IMG/VR virus record: IMGVR_UViG_3300032223_002658
Span: 1 to 64,000 of that record
Reading direction: 5' to 3' (one strand)
Source of the DNA: a virus
Length of the DNA stretch: 64,000 nt
The translations under genes were made by a program, and so were the position numbers. Of the stretch, positions 29,723-39,391 are shown piece after piece. Within the stretch, counting starts at the first letter, position 1. Each line of letters starts with the position of its first letter. The notes below the pieces were generated by a model. It was not told the DNA's origin and searched no databases. It worked only from the letters and a program-made list of their open reading frames with translations.

Positions 29723-30349
29723 ATGGGTTCTAGCGATCAAGTCATAAAAAAACATTTAAACGCTGTAGCTAAACAGGTTGTTGGTCCTCCAACTAGAACT
29801 AGACCTGATGAACCAAATATGCCATTAGAAACAAGTCCAGGATCGTGGACAGATACAACACCATCATCGTGGCAATTTTCGATTCAAGATCTTTTGGCGG
29901 CTCTTTATAACGGAATAACATCTTTGAGACTGTATATTGAAAGATGGCTTGTTAGTCTCGGAATGTCAAGAAATGTTGCAAAAATAATAACTCTTAATTT
30001 AACACTAAGCGCAGAAACTATATTTCAGTTTGCTTACTGGGTTATAAGACCACAAACAACAAATCTGCCAAGAGAGTTATTTCTTAGTTTGCTGGGGTCA
30101 ATTTTGGATGCAATAAGTCCAACCGGACGTACTGGGATTGATGATGCCGCATGGGATACGTTTTATTATTTTGATCATAGAGGGGTATTTTTCTTTGGCG
30201 ATATTGTGGCAGCTATACAAAGAGGATGGACAATAAATCAAATAATAGAGTGGCTACAATTTTTGATCTCAAAGGGAAACGACTATTACTATAATTGGCC
30301 AGATACTCCAGAGCAAGCTCAAGAAGAAATGGATTTATACAAAGATTAA
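29723..30349 (+). CDS. Hypothetical helical protein with leader-like N-terminus
   Basis: VIKKHLNAVAKQ, Pro-rich linker, then Trp/Leu-rich amphipathic helices. Confidence 0.6.
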   Translation: MGSSDQVIKKHLNAVAKQVVGPPTRTRPDEPNMPLETSPGSWTDTTPSSWQFSIQDLLAALYNGITSLRLYIERWLVSLGMSRNVAKIITLNLTLSAETIFQFAYWVIRPQTTNLPRELFLSLLGSILDAISPTGRTGIDDAAWDTFYYFDHRGVFFFGDIVAAIQRGWTINQIIEWLQFLISKGNDYYYNWPDTPEQAQEEMDLYKD

Positions 30350-30357
30350 GGTAAAAA

Positions 30358-30741
30358 ATGTCAATAGAAAAATCAATAGCAAAGTTTATATCAAAATTAC
30401 AAAATACACCAACTTCTTTGGAAAACACTGGTTCTCAATCTCGTCAGTGTAATAATCCAACAGCTTCTATTAATGAACTAGACAAGATAACGTATCCAAA
30501 CACACCAAGAGGAGCTTGCTGCTCTCTTGGTTTATGTTTTGAAGATACTAGCGCTAAGAGCTGCAGCTGGAGGATTTCGGTACACGGAGCTAGTCAGGGT
30601 TATTGGTTTGAGGGACAGCGTTGCGTTGGAGAATCTATACTTTGTCATAATGCTCTTGAAAATGGTGGAACAATACTGCAGCCAATGACAGAAAAAGAAG
30701 AAAGCGCTTATTTAAGAAATATAGGATGCATAAAATCTTAA
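30358..30741 (+). CDS. Cys-rich GACC-motif protein with MSIEK leader
   Basis: MSIEKSIAKFISKL; GACC-x4-C-x7-C...GYWFEGQRC. Confidence 0.65.
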   Translation: MSIEKSIAKFISKLQNTPTSLENTGSQSRQCNNPTASINELDKITYPNTPRGACCSLGLCFEDTSAKSCSWRISVHGASQGYWFEGQRCVGESILCHNALENGGTILQPMTEKEESAYLRNIGCIKS

Positions 30742-30752
30742 CAGGTAAAATA

Positions 30753-31427
30753 ATGTCTATAGAACAATCAATAAACAAATTGGTAAAAGCAGTAAATCAA
30801 ACAGTTTTAGACAAAAAAATAACTCCAGAACAATATTTTGATGTAATTGCTTCGCCTTCATGCAAAAAACTTCTTGGTAAAGATGGTGCTCCAATTAAAA
30901 ATCCGCCTATAAATGATATTTGTGATGCGCTAAATGACAATAATACATGGATTAATCCTAAAAAATGTCCAGCATTTAATCCAATTGGACATAAGTGCTC
31001 TCCATCAGAAGTATTTATGTCAGAAGAAAAAATTCCATCAAATGGAAAATTAATAACATCAAAAGATGTTGCCAGGGCATGTGAAAATTATGCAAATGCA
31101 CAAGTGGCCGCAATAGACACAAGAGGCATGAGCCAATCTCAGATACAAGAAATAAAATCTAAAGCAAAATGCTCGTGCTACGACTATTCATTATATAGTC
31201 AGGAAAATGGCAGCGCTTGGCCAAAGGGAATAAAAGAGGCTTTAACAAATCCTGCGCCAAATAGTTTTATACCAGCTATATATCCAGGGCATTTATCTAT
31301 TCAAACATTAGATGCGTATAAAAATAATTGTAGCGCTTCACAAATTCATGATCTATGTATTGAAAATTCAATAGTGGTTAGAGATTGGAATCGCGCTTGT
31401 GGATTAATTGCAGCGCCAGAAAATTAA
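30753..31427 (+). CDS. Cys-rich protein with MSIEQ leader
   Basis: Start at ATG 30753 after AGGTAAAA (MSIEQSINKLVKAV); many spaced Cys. Confidence 0.65.
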   Translation: MSIEQSINKLVKAVNQTVLDKKITPEQYFDVIASPSCKKLLGKDGAPIKNPPINDICDALNDNNTWINPKKCPAFNPIGHKCSPSEVFMSEEKIPSNGKLITSKDVARACENYANAQVAAIDTRGMSQSQIQEIKSKAKCSCYDYSLYSQENGSAWPKGIKEALTNPAPNSFIPAIYPGHLSIQTLDAYKNNCSASQIHDLCIENSIVVRDWNRACGLIAAPEN

Positions 31428-32059
31428 CTTGATTTAATTATAGTACGCTCAATATCAGCTGGAACTTTTTTAAACTCTCCCCTTAAGGAGGGTTTAATTT
31501 TTCTAAGTATGTTTTTATTTTTTTCCAAAGATTCACCATACCATTTGCCGGTTTTGCACAACAGCAAATAATTGTATAATATTGCGGCGGCTTCTTTTTT
31601 GTATTGCCCAATATTTATTGGTAGGTTAAATTCTTTTATTGTCTTTATTGTGCGTCTTTCACAATTAAGCTCGCACATTATTGTTTTTCTGGTATAGATT
31701 TTTCTTAGTCTTTTATTGTAGGTTGCTTTTCCTGACTCCAGCATGGAAAGGTGGTAGTACGAATCACCACCGTTTCGCATGCTGGTGTCTTTGTATGTTT
31801 TGTCACCCTCTATCCACTGCATCATGTGAGAGTATTCATGAGCAAGCACAGAAACCCATTCTTCCTGAGTCTTTTCACCAGAAGCAACAACTAAAAGTTT
31901 TTTCTTTGGATGGTCATAAAAATATCCAGCACACAGAGAAGTTTCTCCTGGGCCTCGGACATTTTTTGATTTACTTATTTTTAATTTTACGCCGTGATTT
32001 CTAGCAACAGTTTTAACGTGTTTGATGAAGCGAGCGATGTTTTGATCTGCCTCTCTCAC
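31424..32059 (-). CDS. Putative zincin-like metallopeptidase
   Basis: CAGYF...VLAHEYSHMMQ (HExxH)...CELNCE; GTGTAT motif 8 nt upstream (32068-73). Confidence 0.65.
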   Translation of the reverse strand: MREADQNIARFIKHVKTVARNHGVKLKISKSKNVRGPGETSLCAGYFYDHPKKKLLVVASGEKTQEEWVSVLAHEYSHMMQWIEGDKTYKDTSMRNGGDSYYHLSMLESGKATYNKRLRKIYTRKTIMCELNCERRTIKTIKEFNLPINIGQYKKEAAAILYNYLLLCKTGKWYGESLEKNKNILRKIKPSLRGEFKKVPADIERTIIKSS

Positions 32060-32130
32060 ATCCTATAATACACTTGTGTGTAAATGCACCAAGTTTAAAA
32101 CTCCACATACTTAAAGTTTCTTTTCTAGAA

Positions 32131-32141
32131 GGTGTATTAAA
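32131..32141 (+). promoter_or_regulatory. Putative late promoter motif GGTGTATTAAA
   Basis: GTGTAT at 32132-137, 10 nt before ATG 32148; divergent copy at 32068-73. Confidence 0.55.
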
Positions 32142-32147
32142 ACTAGT

Positions 32148-33728
32148 ATGACAAAGATCAAGATAAAAAACTCCACGACAGCATCTGGAGTGCCAATAAG
32201 CGGAAGTTTGTTACGGGGTGAGCTAGCAGTAAATATCACAGATAAACTGCTTTTTGTTGGTGACGCATCAGGAAATCCAGTACAAATCACAAACCAGGGT
32301 GGTGCCGGGGCTGGTGTTTCTTCTTTAACTAGTAACCCTAGCGGAGTTTACGTTTCACAATCAAGTGGCGCAGTGACTTTAGGTCTTCAGACAAATGTTT
32401 TTGTGAGTGGTTCTTTAAGTGCAAGCGGAGTTCTTGATGGTGATCAATCTGCCATAAATGTGTACGCTGCACAAGGAACTGGTGGTTATTCTCAATGGAT
32501 GAAATTTAAAGATTACGGTGGGTATTATTCAAAAATAATGGGTTCTTATGATGGTGCAATGTATTTTCAAAACTCAGCCAACACTTGGAATTTTATTCCT
32601 AGCGGTGCTGCTGCTCAATCTGTTTCTTTAGATACTTCTGCGCTTACTGGATATATATTTAATAGCGCAAGTGTTGTGCAAATTGGAAATCAAAACACAA
32701 CCATCATACTCAATTCCACAGGCGTAATTGCTACTGGAGATTTGCGCGCGAATCACTTTATAGGCGACTTGGTTGGTGCTGTTGTTAAAGAGTGTAAGTA
32801 TACCGGAACTGGGACAGTACGAAGAGGAAATCCCATGTATATTACTGGTACTGTTGGTTCCAGCTATGTAATAGAAGTGCAGACTGCTCAGGCGAATGAT
32901 ATTAACAAACTAGCCGCTGTTGGTGTGATAGAACAACCGCTTGCGGCAAATGCTACTGGTCATATAATTCTTAATGGATCATTAAAAGATTTTGATACAT
33001 CATCATTTAACGTGGGGGATCTATTGTATGTTGGCGCAACTGGATGGATTACAAACATAAGACCAACTGGAGCGACACAGTTCGTTCAACCAGTTGGTCG
33101 TGTAGCAAGATCTCACCCAAATTTTGGTGAAATAATAGTAACAGTTCTTTCTGATGAGCAGCAGAATCCAAATACCCTTGCTGCATCTGGAACACTTATA
33201 CTTGGAACTCCAGATATTGTTACTCCACTTGCTGGCACAGGAACTGTGTTTAACACCAATGCCATTGCTATAAATATGGGTGGAGCGGCGTCACAACTTT
33301 CATTTGGCGCGGCATCATCAACATCGACTTTTAAAGGCTCAATAAATGCTACGGGTTCAATTTTCAACAATGGCCCAATCAATACCACAGGATATGTTTC
33401 TGCAGCAAGCGGATATCGTTTCACATCAAGCGCAGTAAACACTCAAACTGGTACTACTTATACTCTGCTATCAACAGATGATGGCAGAGTAATAACGATG
33501 AGCAATGCAAGCACAATAACCGTAACAGTACCAACAGGATTGAATGTTGGTTTTAATACTACAGTTATTCAACTTGGTGCTGGACAAGTAGTATTTGCAA
33601 CAGGAGCAGGAAGCCCAACTCTTAACAGTTACGGATCTGCCTTGAAAATAACTGGTCAATACGGAGCCGCTTCAATTATTTCATACGCATCAAACTCATA
33701 TAATCTAGCTGGAACACTATCAACATGA
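32148..33728 (+). CDS. Tail/head fibre protein
   Basis: N-terminal IKIKNSTTASGVP..L..GELAVNITDKLLFVG anchor; middle GDLLYVG...P...VQPVGRV; C-terminal TYTLLSTDDG...GFNTTVIQLGAGQV. Confidence 0.75.
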   Translation: MTKIKIKNSTTASGVPISGSLLRGELAVNITDKLLFVGDASGNPVQITNQGGAGAGVSSLTSNPSGVYVSQSSGAVTLGLQTNVFVSGSLSASGVLDGDQSAINVYAAQGTGGYSQWMKFKDYGGYYSKIMGSYDGAMYFQNSANTWNFIPSGAAAQSVSLDTSALTGYIFNSASVVQIGNQNTTIILNSTGVIATGDLRANHFIGDLVGAVVKECKYTGTGTVRRGNPMYITGTVGSSYVIEVQTAQANDINKLAAVGVIEQPLAANATGHIILNGSLKDFDTSSFNVGDLLYVGATGWITNIRPTGATQFVQPVGRVARSHPNFGEIIVTVLSDEQQNPNTLAASGTLILGTPDIVTPLAGTGTVFNTNAIAINMGGAASQLSFGAASSTSTFKGSINATGSIFNNGPINTTGYVSAASGYRFTSSAVNTQTGTTYTLLSTDDGRVITMSNASTITVTVPTGLNVGFNTTVIQLGAGQVVFATGAGSPTLNSYGSALKITGQYGAASIISYASNSYNLAGTLST

Positions 33729-34678
33729 TATCAATTCCATCTATAAAACCATTTGCTGTTCCATCGTCAATGTCAGAAAGTGCGACATTCGGAACTAAAA
33801 AATCAACAGGAACTTTTGGTGGGTTAAGTAGCGCTTATATGACATCATCAACAGGTTATTTTAAAGTTGAATGGTGGGATGGAACAAGCACGCAATATGG
33901 ATCTGGAGATCCAAATACAACATATAATATTACTAAATCTGTAGTTGCTCCTTACAATACTTCATCAGAAAAACTTTTCACGATGTATCCAACTGACTCT
34001 TCTGGCAAAAGAAAAGGGTATTTTATAGCTATCTATTTTTCATCCTTAGGTAATTGTCCCGTTTCATCTTCTGATGTTACAAAATGCAGACGTTTAAATA
34101 CTCTCACACTTGTTGGACCACTCACATCATATACTCACAATCCAAACTTACAATACTTAACAATATCAAATAGCTCTTTAACATCTTTGTCATTTTCAAA
34201 GGATACAGTTTTAGACGGCCTTATATTTGTAAGTAATAGTTCTGCGACAAACGTAAATTTAGCGAATTGTCCAGTGCTTACAAGCGTAGATCTTTCAAGT
34301 AATTCATCACTAACATCAATTTCTAATATAACATCTTGCACATATCTTTATTCTTTCATATGCTCTGGAAGCACAGGAATAACATCACTTTCATTCTCTG
34401 GTTTAATGTATTTAGTATGGATAAATGTAAGTAGCTGTGCTCTTACTTCTATCAGAGCAGCAGGATGTAATCTTTATTTGTTATCAAATAATACATATTC
34501 ATCGTGGTTTGGTGGGGCTTGGTTGAGTGCAAATTCTTTAAATGCTGCAGCACTTAATCAATTTTACACAGATATTGGCCCAGCAAATGGAATAATACGT
34601 GTTGATGGAAATCCTGGAACCACATCAGATACTCCAACAATAGCAACAGGAAAAGGTTATACTGTCCTAGGAACTTGA
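33725..34678 (+). CDS. Leucine-rich-repeat virion/fibre-associated protein
   Basis: VEWWDG, LxxLxLxxN-type repeats (LTSVDLSSNSSLTSI), C-terminal VDGNPG...IATGKGYTV. Confidence 0.7.
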   Translation: MISIPSIKPFAVPSSMSESATFGTKKSTGTFGGLSSAYMTSSTGYFKVEWWDGTSTQYGSGDPNTTYNITKSVVAPYNTSSEKLFTMYPTDSSGKRKGYFIAIYFSSLGNCPVSSSDVTKCRRLNTLTLVGPLTSYTHNPNLQYLTISNSSLTSLSFSKDTVLDGLIFVSNSSATNVNLANCPVLTSVDLSSNSSLTSISNITSCTYLYSFICSGSTGITSLSFSGLMYLVWINVSSCALTSIRAAGCNLYLLSNNTYSSWFGGAWLSANSLNAAALNQFYTDIGPANGIIRVDGNPGTTSDTPTIATGKGYTVLGT

Positions 34679-34679
34679 A

Positions 34680-35330
34680 ATGCCATTATACTTCAAAACA
34701 CCAAACTATAGCATAGCGTTTATACCAAAAGTAGGATGCTCGTCATTATCATTTGCTGTCATTAAATCTTTTCAATCATATGAATCAGATTTAATAGACA
34801 ATGCTCATCTTCCAGATGGATCAACAGCAGAACAAATGATGTGGCAATGCTTAGTTGAACGAGAAAAATGGCCGTCAAAACAAATATTGGCTTTTGTCAG
34901 AGATCCAATAGAGCGATTCAAATCCGCAATGGCGCAAGTCAATCTTTCCGATGTAGATGGAACAATTAATTCAATACTAAATGATGAAAAAATAGAATGT
35001 GGAAAAAATGTTAAAAGGTTAATTTCTCTTAAGAATAATGGACATTTTAAACCGCAAATAATGTGGGTTGATGAAACAACAAAGTTGTATCGATTTCCAG
35101 ATCATATCAGCGAACTTTTTCAAGAGGCTGGAATGACGCAACAAATGCCATTAATAAATCAGAGTTCATTTCCAAAACCACAGTTAACATTTGAACAAAT
35201 AATTAAGCTTCAGGACATTTATGCAGAAGATATAACTCTTTATAACTCAATAACATCTCCAGGAATAATAACTGGAATGGTATCAGCAAATAGGCCTCAA
35301 AAACCAGAGGTCGTAATTGAAGAAGTGTGA
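34680..35330 (+). CDS. Sulfotransferase family 2-like protein
   Basis: FIPKVGCSSL (5'-PSB), FVRDPIERFKSA (3'-PB), HFKPQ, YAEDITLY. Confidence 0.8.
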   Translation: MPLYFKTPNYSIAFIPKVGCSSLSFAVIKSFQSYESDLIDNAHLPDGSTAEQMMWQCLVEREKWPSKQILAFVRDPIERFKSAMAQVNLSDVDGTINSILNDEKIECGKNVKRLISLKNNGHFKPQIMWVDETTKLYRFPDHISELFQEAGMTQQMPLINQSSFPKPQLTFEQIIKLQDIYAEDITLYNSITSPGIITGMVSANRPQKPEVVIEEV

Positions 35331-35350
35331 TTTTCGCCTGGATAAAACAA

Positions 35351-35361
35351 TGTGTATTAAT
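35351..35361 (+). promoter_or_regulatory. Putative late promoter motif TGTGTATTAAT
   Basis: GTGTAT at 35352-357, 9 nt before ATG 35367. Confidence 0.55.
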
Positions 35362-35366
35362 TACAT

Positions 35367-35732
35367 ATGGCAGGATTATTCGATATCTTCAAAAACAAAC
35401 TAAACCTTGCGGTTGCTCAAGGTACGATGGAAGATACACAAAAAAACATCGATAATCAGGAGCCTACAACTCCAGAGGAAGATTTATCAGACGGTATGAG
35501 TGAAGGTGTGAATGATGAAACCAGTTATAGTGGAATAGAACCAGGCGATATGGTTCAAAACACAAATACTGAATGTATGCATCATGGTAGCGAGGGGGTA
35601 GTTTTGAAAGTAGAATCACTACCAAATAACACAGGATACGTCATCCATTATCAAGTAACAAACAGTGGCCCAACTTATTCTCCGGGCGACATTTTAACAA
35701 AAACTGAAGATCAATTAGGTAAAATATCATGA
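35367..35732 (+). CDS. Small SH3/KOW-like barrel protein with leader and acidic linker
   Basis: IEPGDMVQN...HHGSEGVVLKV...YQVTN. Confidence 0.55.
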   Translation: MAGLFDIFKNKLNLAVAQGTMEDTQKNIDNQEPTTPEEDLSDGMSEGVNDETSYSGIEPGDMVQNTNTECMHHGSEGVVLKVESLPNNTGYVIHYQVTNSGPTYSPGDILTKTEDQLGKIS

Positions 35733-35983
35733 CACCAGATAATTCATCGTACTCAAGTGGTTCATCAAACTCTTACAGCTCATCAGGCTTTGCAATTGGT
35801 GATACAGTAATAAACACAATGGATGGTTCACCAAATATCGGTACATGGGGGAAAGTTGTATCAGTAACTGGTACTGGTTCTAACACTGTAATCGGCTATA
35901 TTGTTGGTAACTCAGAGTACCCATATCAAACAGGTTGGACTGTTTACGATCTTGCTACAAATCTTGAGCTTCATGATGCTTGA
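35729..35983 (+). CDS. SH3/KOW-like paralog of the upstream gene
   Basis: FAIGDTVIN...GTWGKVVSV...YIVGN...YQTG aligns with the previous ORF. Confidence 0.55.
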   Translation: MTPDNSSYSSGSSNSYSSSGFAIGDTVINTMDGSPNIGTWGKVVSVTGTGSNTVIGYIVGNSEYPYQTGWTVYDLATNLELHDA

Positions 35984-36356
35984 AGATATAGATAAGATTT
36001 TTGCTGATGAACAAGCTATCGCCGTGACACATAACGGAAAGAGTGTTACTTTAAATAAACCACACAGAATTGGAAAAGGCGAGCCTGGATACGGAAAAAA
36101 GAAATTTGCTGTTTATGTAAAGAATGATAGTGGAAACGTTGTGCGTGTAACGTTTGGTGATCCAAACATGGAAATAAAGCGAGACAATCCGCAAAGACGA
36201 AAAAACTACAGATCTCGTCATGGATGCGATAAGCCGGGGCCAAAGTGGAAAGCCAACTATTGGTCTTGCAAAATGTGGGAAGCAAAGAAGTCTGTTACAG
36301 ACTACACAAGCAGCCAGTTATTTGATGTTTTTTTAAAAGCTTTGAATAAAGACTAA
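35973..36356 (+). CDS. Conserved basic phage protein (KKFAVYV...FGD...RH.C...YWSC family)
   Basis: TLNKP, KKFAVYVKN, VTFGDPNMEIKRDNPQRRKNYRSRHGC, ANYWSCKMW; start MMLEDID inferred. Confidence 0.7.
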   Translation: MMLEDIDKIFADEQAIAVTHNGKSVTLNKPHRIGKGEPGYGKKKFAVYVKNDSGNVVRVTFGDPNMEIKRDNPQRRKNYRSRHGCDKPGPKWKANYWSCKMWEAKKSVTDYTSSQLFDVFLKALNKD

Positions 36357-37150
36357 GCATTATTTTGGTTGTTGTCTGCTGGCTGGTTTTCTTTTAGCCA
36401 TACGCCAAGAGCAATAATCATTGCAGCTATTACACCAGCTGGAACACCAATTGATGCTCCAATTCCAGTTAAATCAAGCGCCCCAGAACCTATGGCAAGA
36501 GCAGCGCCAATTGTTATTATTGATGCAGCGCCAAGACCAACAAGCCATCTCACAAGATTCTCATTTGCGCCATTTGCCATAGCCCATACTCTAATTGCAG
36601 CATTTTGAGAGCCAGCTTTGAGATAAAGTGCAGCTATTGCTATTAGCCCATCTTTTGTTGTATTTTTCAACATTTGTTCAAGCTCATCAATAGTTAGACC
36701 TAAATTATCAGAAAGAGTTTTAAGAACTTTCTTTGTGTCTGGCAAATCAAGAAATTTTGCTCTGCAATCTTCATCAAGTTTACCGATTAAATCTTTGAAA
36801 ATTTCAAGTAAAGCAATTCCTTGATCTTCTGATTTAACGGATTTAATTTTTTGTATATTCTTTGCTAAAATTTCAAGGGCTTTTTTAGCACATAAATCAG
36901 ATGGATCGCTTTTTGCTTTATTGATAAGATATTTAACAAGAACTATTGTTGCTGTTATAATAAGACTTGGTACTAAAGAAAGTAGAATTTGCGGTATCCA
37001 AGAGTAATCGATTGGTACTTGCTCTTCTACATCTGTATTTTGTTGCCAATCGGTTTGTGACACATCTTTTTGTGATATATCCTGCAGTTTTGTTGGCTCA
37101 AGCTTTGCTTGTACAATGTGAATTAAAAGATGTTTTTCAAAATTATTCAT
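36353..37150 (-). CDS. Membrane protein with C-terminal hydrophobic hairpin
   Basis: Leader MNNFEKHLLIHIVQAK; one N-proximal TM; C-terminal Gly/Ala-rich TM pair. Confidence 0.65.
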   Translation of the reverse strand: MNNFEKHLLIHIVQAKLEPTKLQDISQKDVSQTDWQQNTDVEEQVPIDYSWIPQILLSLVPSLIITATIVLVKYLINKAKSDPSDLCAKKALEILAKNIQKIKSVKSEDQGIALLEIFKDLIGKLDEDCRAKFLDLPDTKKVLKTLSDNLGLTIDELEQMLKNTTKDGLIAIAALYLKAGSQNAAIRVWAMANGANENLVRWLVGLGAASIITIGAALAIGSGALDLTGIGASIGVPAGVIAAMIIALGVWLKENQPADNNQNNA

Positions 37151-37154
37151 TTTA

Positions 37155-38015
37155 TTAACCAACAGGAATGTATCCATTCTTGGCTAGCCATTGTAAAAGT
37201 TCACCAAGAGATTTAGCGGTTCTTACGGCACCCACTATAGCAGCAACAATTCCACCGATTCCAGTACCAAAACCAACAATTAAAGCCCCAATTGCAAAAA
37301 TTGCTTGTGCAGTATTTAGCAAAGCGTTTAGATCTTCAAAAAATTCTTTTTCTCTGGCTTCTAGTAAAATTGTTGCTGTTATATATATTCCGGCGTACTC
37401 TGCATTGGTAGAATCAAGAGCATTTAATCTTTTGTAAACAGCAACAAGAAGACCAAGACCGTCTGGATCATAAGCAATGTTATCACCTAGCGCTTGACCA
37501 ACCGCTTCAATAAAAGCTTTATCTTGCGCTTGTAATCTATCACCAAGTGCCCTTATTAGCTTTCTTCTAAATTCTGGATCTGATCCATATTCTTTAAGAC
37601 ATGGAAAAAGATCAATTACACTCCCTATTTCTCTTGGTTGAAATAGTGATTCCATAGCAGCAATGGCCGCGGAAATAGATCTTGTCTTCCCTGAATTTTT
37701 TGCTTCTATAAGTGCTTCAGTTGCCTTAACTAATTGTCTTACGAAATCACGACCGCTTTTAGACTCTATTACTTTTCTTATACATTCAATTTCTTTAGCT
37801 GCGCCAGCGCCAAATGCTCTTACAAAAGCAGCAAAAAAACCTAATATTGCCTGCTGATCCTGTGGTTCATTTGCATCATAGTTTAGTTTTGGTTGAACTT
37901 TAGTGTCTTCTTGAACTGGAACTGGAACACCTTCTAAATCTGTCATATGCATTGGTTGTAAAGAAGTTTTTGCTTTAAGTATATGCCGCAATATTATGAT
38001 GTTTTTGTTATTCAT
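37155..38015 (-). CDS. Protein with C-terminal hydrophobic hairpin
   Basis: Leader MNNKNIIILRHILKAK; C-terminal AIFAIGALIVGFGTGIGGIVAAIVG. Confidence 0.65.
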   Translation of the reverse strand: MNNKNIIILRHILKAKTSLQPMHMTDLEGVPVPVQEDTKVQPKLNYDANEPQDQQAILGFFAAFVRAFGAGAAKEIECIRKVIESKSGRDFVRQLVKATEALIEAKNSGKTRSISAAIAAMESLFQPREIGSVIDLFPCLKEYGSDPEFRRKLIRALGDRLQAQDKAFIEAVGQALGDNIAYDPDGLGLLVAVYKRLNALDSTNAEYAGIYITATILLEAREKEFFEDLNALLNTAQAIFAIGALIVGFGTGIGGIVAAIVGAVRTAKSLGELLQWLAKNGYIPVG

Positions 38016-38968
38016 TGTGGAACCAATTGAACGTTTGGGAAAAGTTTTTGAAGAGCTTGTATGACAGCGGCCAATGTTCCTGCTGCTGCTTCACCAGCTA
38101 AGCCTATAGCTGTTATTGCTGAAGTCAATGCGGATATTGCCGCACTTATTGCTGTGGCTGCGCCTGCAGCTACACCGCCAACGACAGCTATGGCAGCAAT
38201 CGCTATTGCAATTGCTCCACTTAAAGCAACCATTTGTGTGTCTGACATTCCTGAAAGAGCATCAACAGACTGATCTTTTATATATTCAACAATTATTTTT
38301 GCTGCAGCAGATGGATCTGTATATAATACATTTTTTGCCATTTCAATCAGAATGTCACTGAATGATAAAGACTGACTTGATTCCATGAGTGCGTCTATTG
38401 AATTTAAAATTCCTTCACTAACAAAGGTGTTAGGAAGATTAAAGGCATTTCCAAATTGAGCGACAAATAAACCGGCCATCAATGCCATAGCCGCTTTTTT
38501 AATACAGGCCATATGTGACTCAGGAATTTGAAAAGGATATTTTTGAACTACTTTCTTTTTCAATTCAAGATTATAAGTAATATCTTTTATGCTATTTATT
38601 CCTGTGGAAGTATCGGTTGGCGTTACTGGTTTAAACCAAGAAATTATTTCTTTAAAAAAATCTTTTACTTTTTCAAGAATGGTTATATCTAGAGTATTTA
38701 GGCATGGAATTTTTGTTTTTAACCATTTAAGAATAACGGTTAATGTAGTGCCTCCCACAACAGTTATACCAATATCAAGTATAATTTGAGAGAACCATTC
38801 AGCGGGATCTTTAATTTTATCTAGAGTTCTTTCAACAATCCCAGGCTTATTTTCAGATATTGATGGATTTGTTTGTAAATAATTCAATTCAGCATCTTTT
38901 AATGCTATAGCATTCATTGTTTTTATGAATACTCTATCCTGATATCTTACTTCATGCATATACCGCAT
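38012..38968 (-). CDS. Membrane protein with long Ala-rich hydrophobic C-terminus
   Basis: About 50-aa Ala/Ile/Gly stretch; GTGTAT motif 8 nt upstream (38977-82). Confidence 0.65.
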   Translation of the reverse strand: MRYMHEVRYQDRVFIKTMNAIALKDAELNYLQTNPSISENKPGIVERTLDKIKDPAEWFSQIILDIGITVVGGTTLTVILKWLKTKIPCLNTLDITILEKVKDFFKEIISWFKPVTPTDTSTGINSIKDITYNLELKKKVVQKYPFQIPESHMACIKKAAMALMAGLFVAQFGNAFNLPNTFVSEGILNSIDALMESSQSLSFSDILIEMAKNVLYTDPSAAAKIIVEYIKDQSVDALSGMSDTQMVALSGAIAIAIAAIAVVGGVAAGAATAISAAISALTSAITAIGLAGEAAAGTLAAVIQALQKLFPNVQLVPQ

Positions 38969-38981
38969 AATTTATAATACA

Positions 38982-39212
38982 CTAATCTTGTAGCACAAAT
39001 AACTTCTTTTTATAGTGCGCATGCTTTGCATACTTGAGTATATCTATTAAAGCATCAATATCACTTATGGTAAATATTGATACGGTGTTTTTATCTTGAA
39101 CTATTTCTATAGCGTGTTCTTTTTCAATGATTGAAATAGTTTTTAGTTGATGAACAGCCATTTCTTTGCCATGATGCTGATTTTTTTGTTCACTCGTCTT
39201 TTTCATCGTCAA
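38982..39212 (-). CDS. Hypothetical protein
   Basis: 76-aa ORF in operon context; start uncertain. Confidence 0.45.
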   Translation of the reverse strand: MTMKKTSEQKNQHHGKEMAVHQLKTISIIEKEHAIEIVQDKNTVSIFTISDIDALIDILKYAKHAHYKKKLFVLQD

Positions 39213-39381
39213 GGTAGTTTATCTCTATGCCCTCTACCTTTGTATATGTTTTTGCGTAATCAATAGATCTATTCCACAAATCTCTATCTATTTCCTTGAC
39301 GTACTCAGCAAATTTTAAACCAAATATAATCATGGCTTTTGCTAAGCGAGGGTCCATGTCTCTGATATCAATATCTTCCAT
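39190..39381 (-). CDS. Hypothetical protein (63 aa)
   Basis: AAGGAG RBS before ATG 39381 (MEDIDIRD); the track start lies inside a terminator hairpin. Confidence 0.6.
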   Translation of the reverse strand: MEDIDIRDMDPRLAKAMIIFGLKFAEYVKEIDRDLWNRSIDYAKTYTKVEGIEINYLDDEKDE

Positions 39382-39391
39382 AACACTCCTT

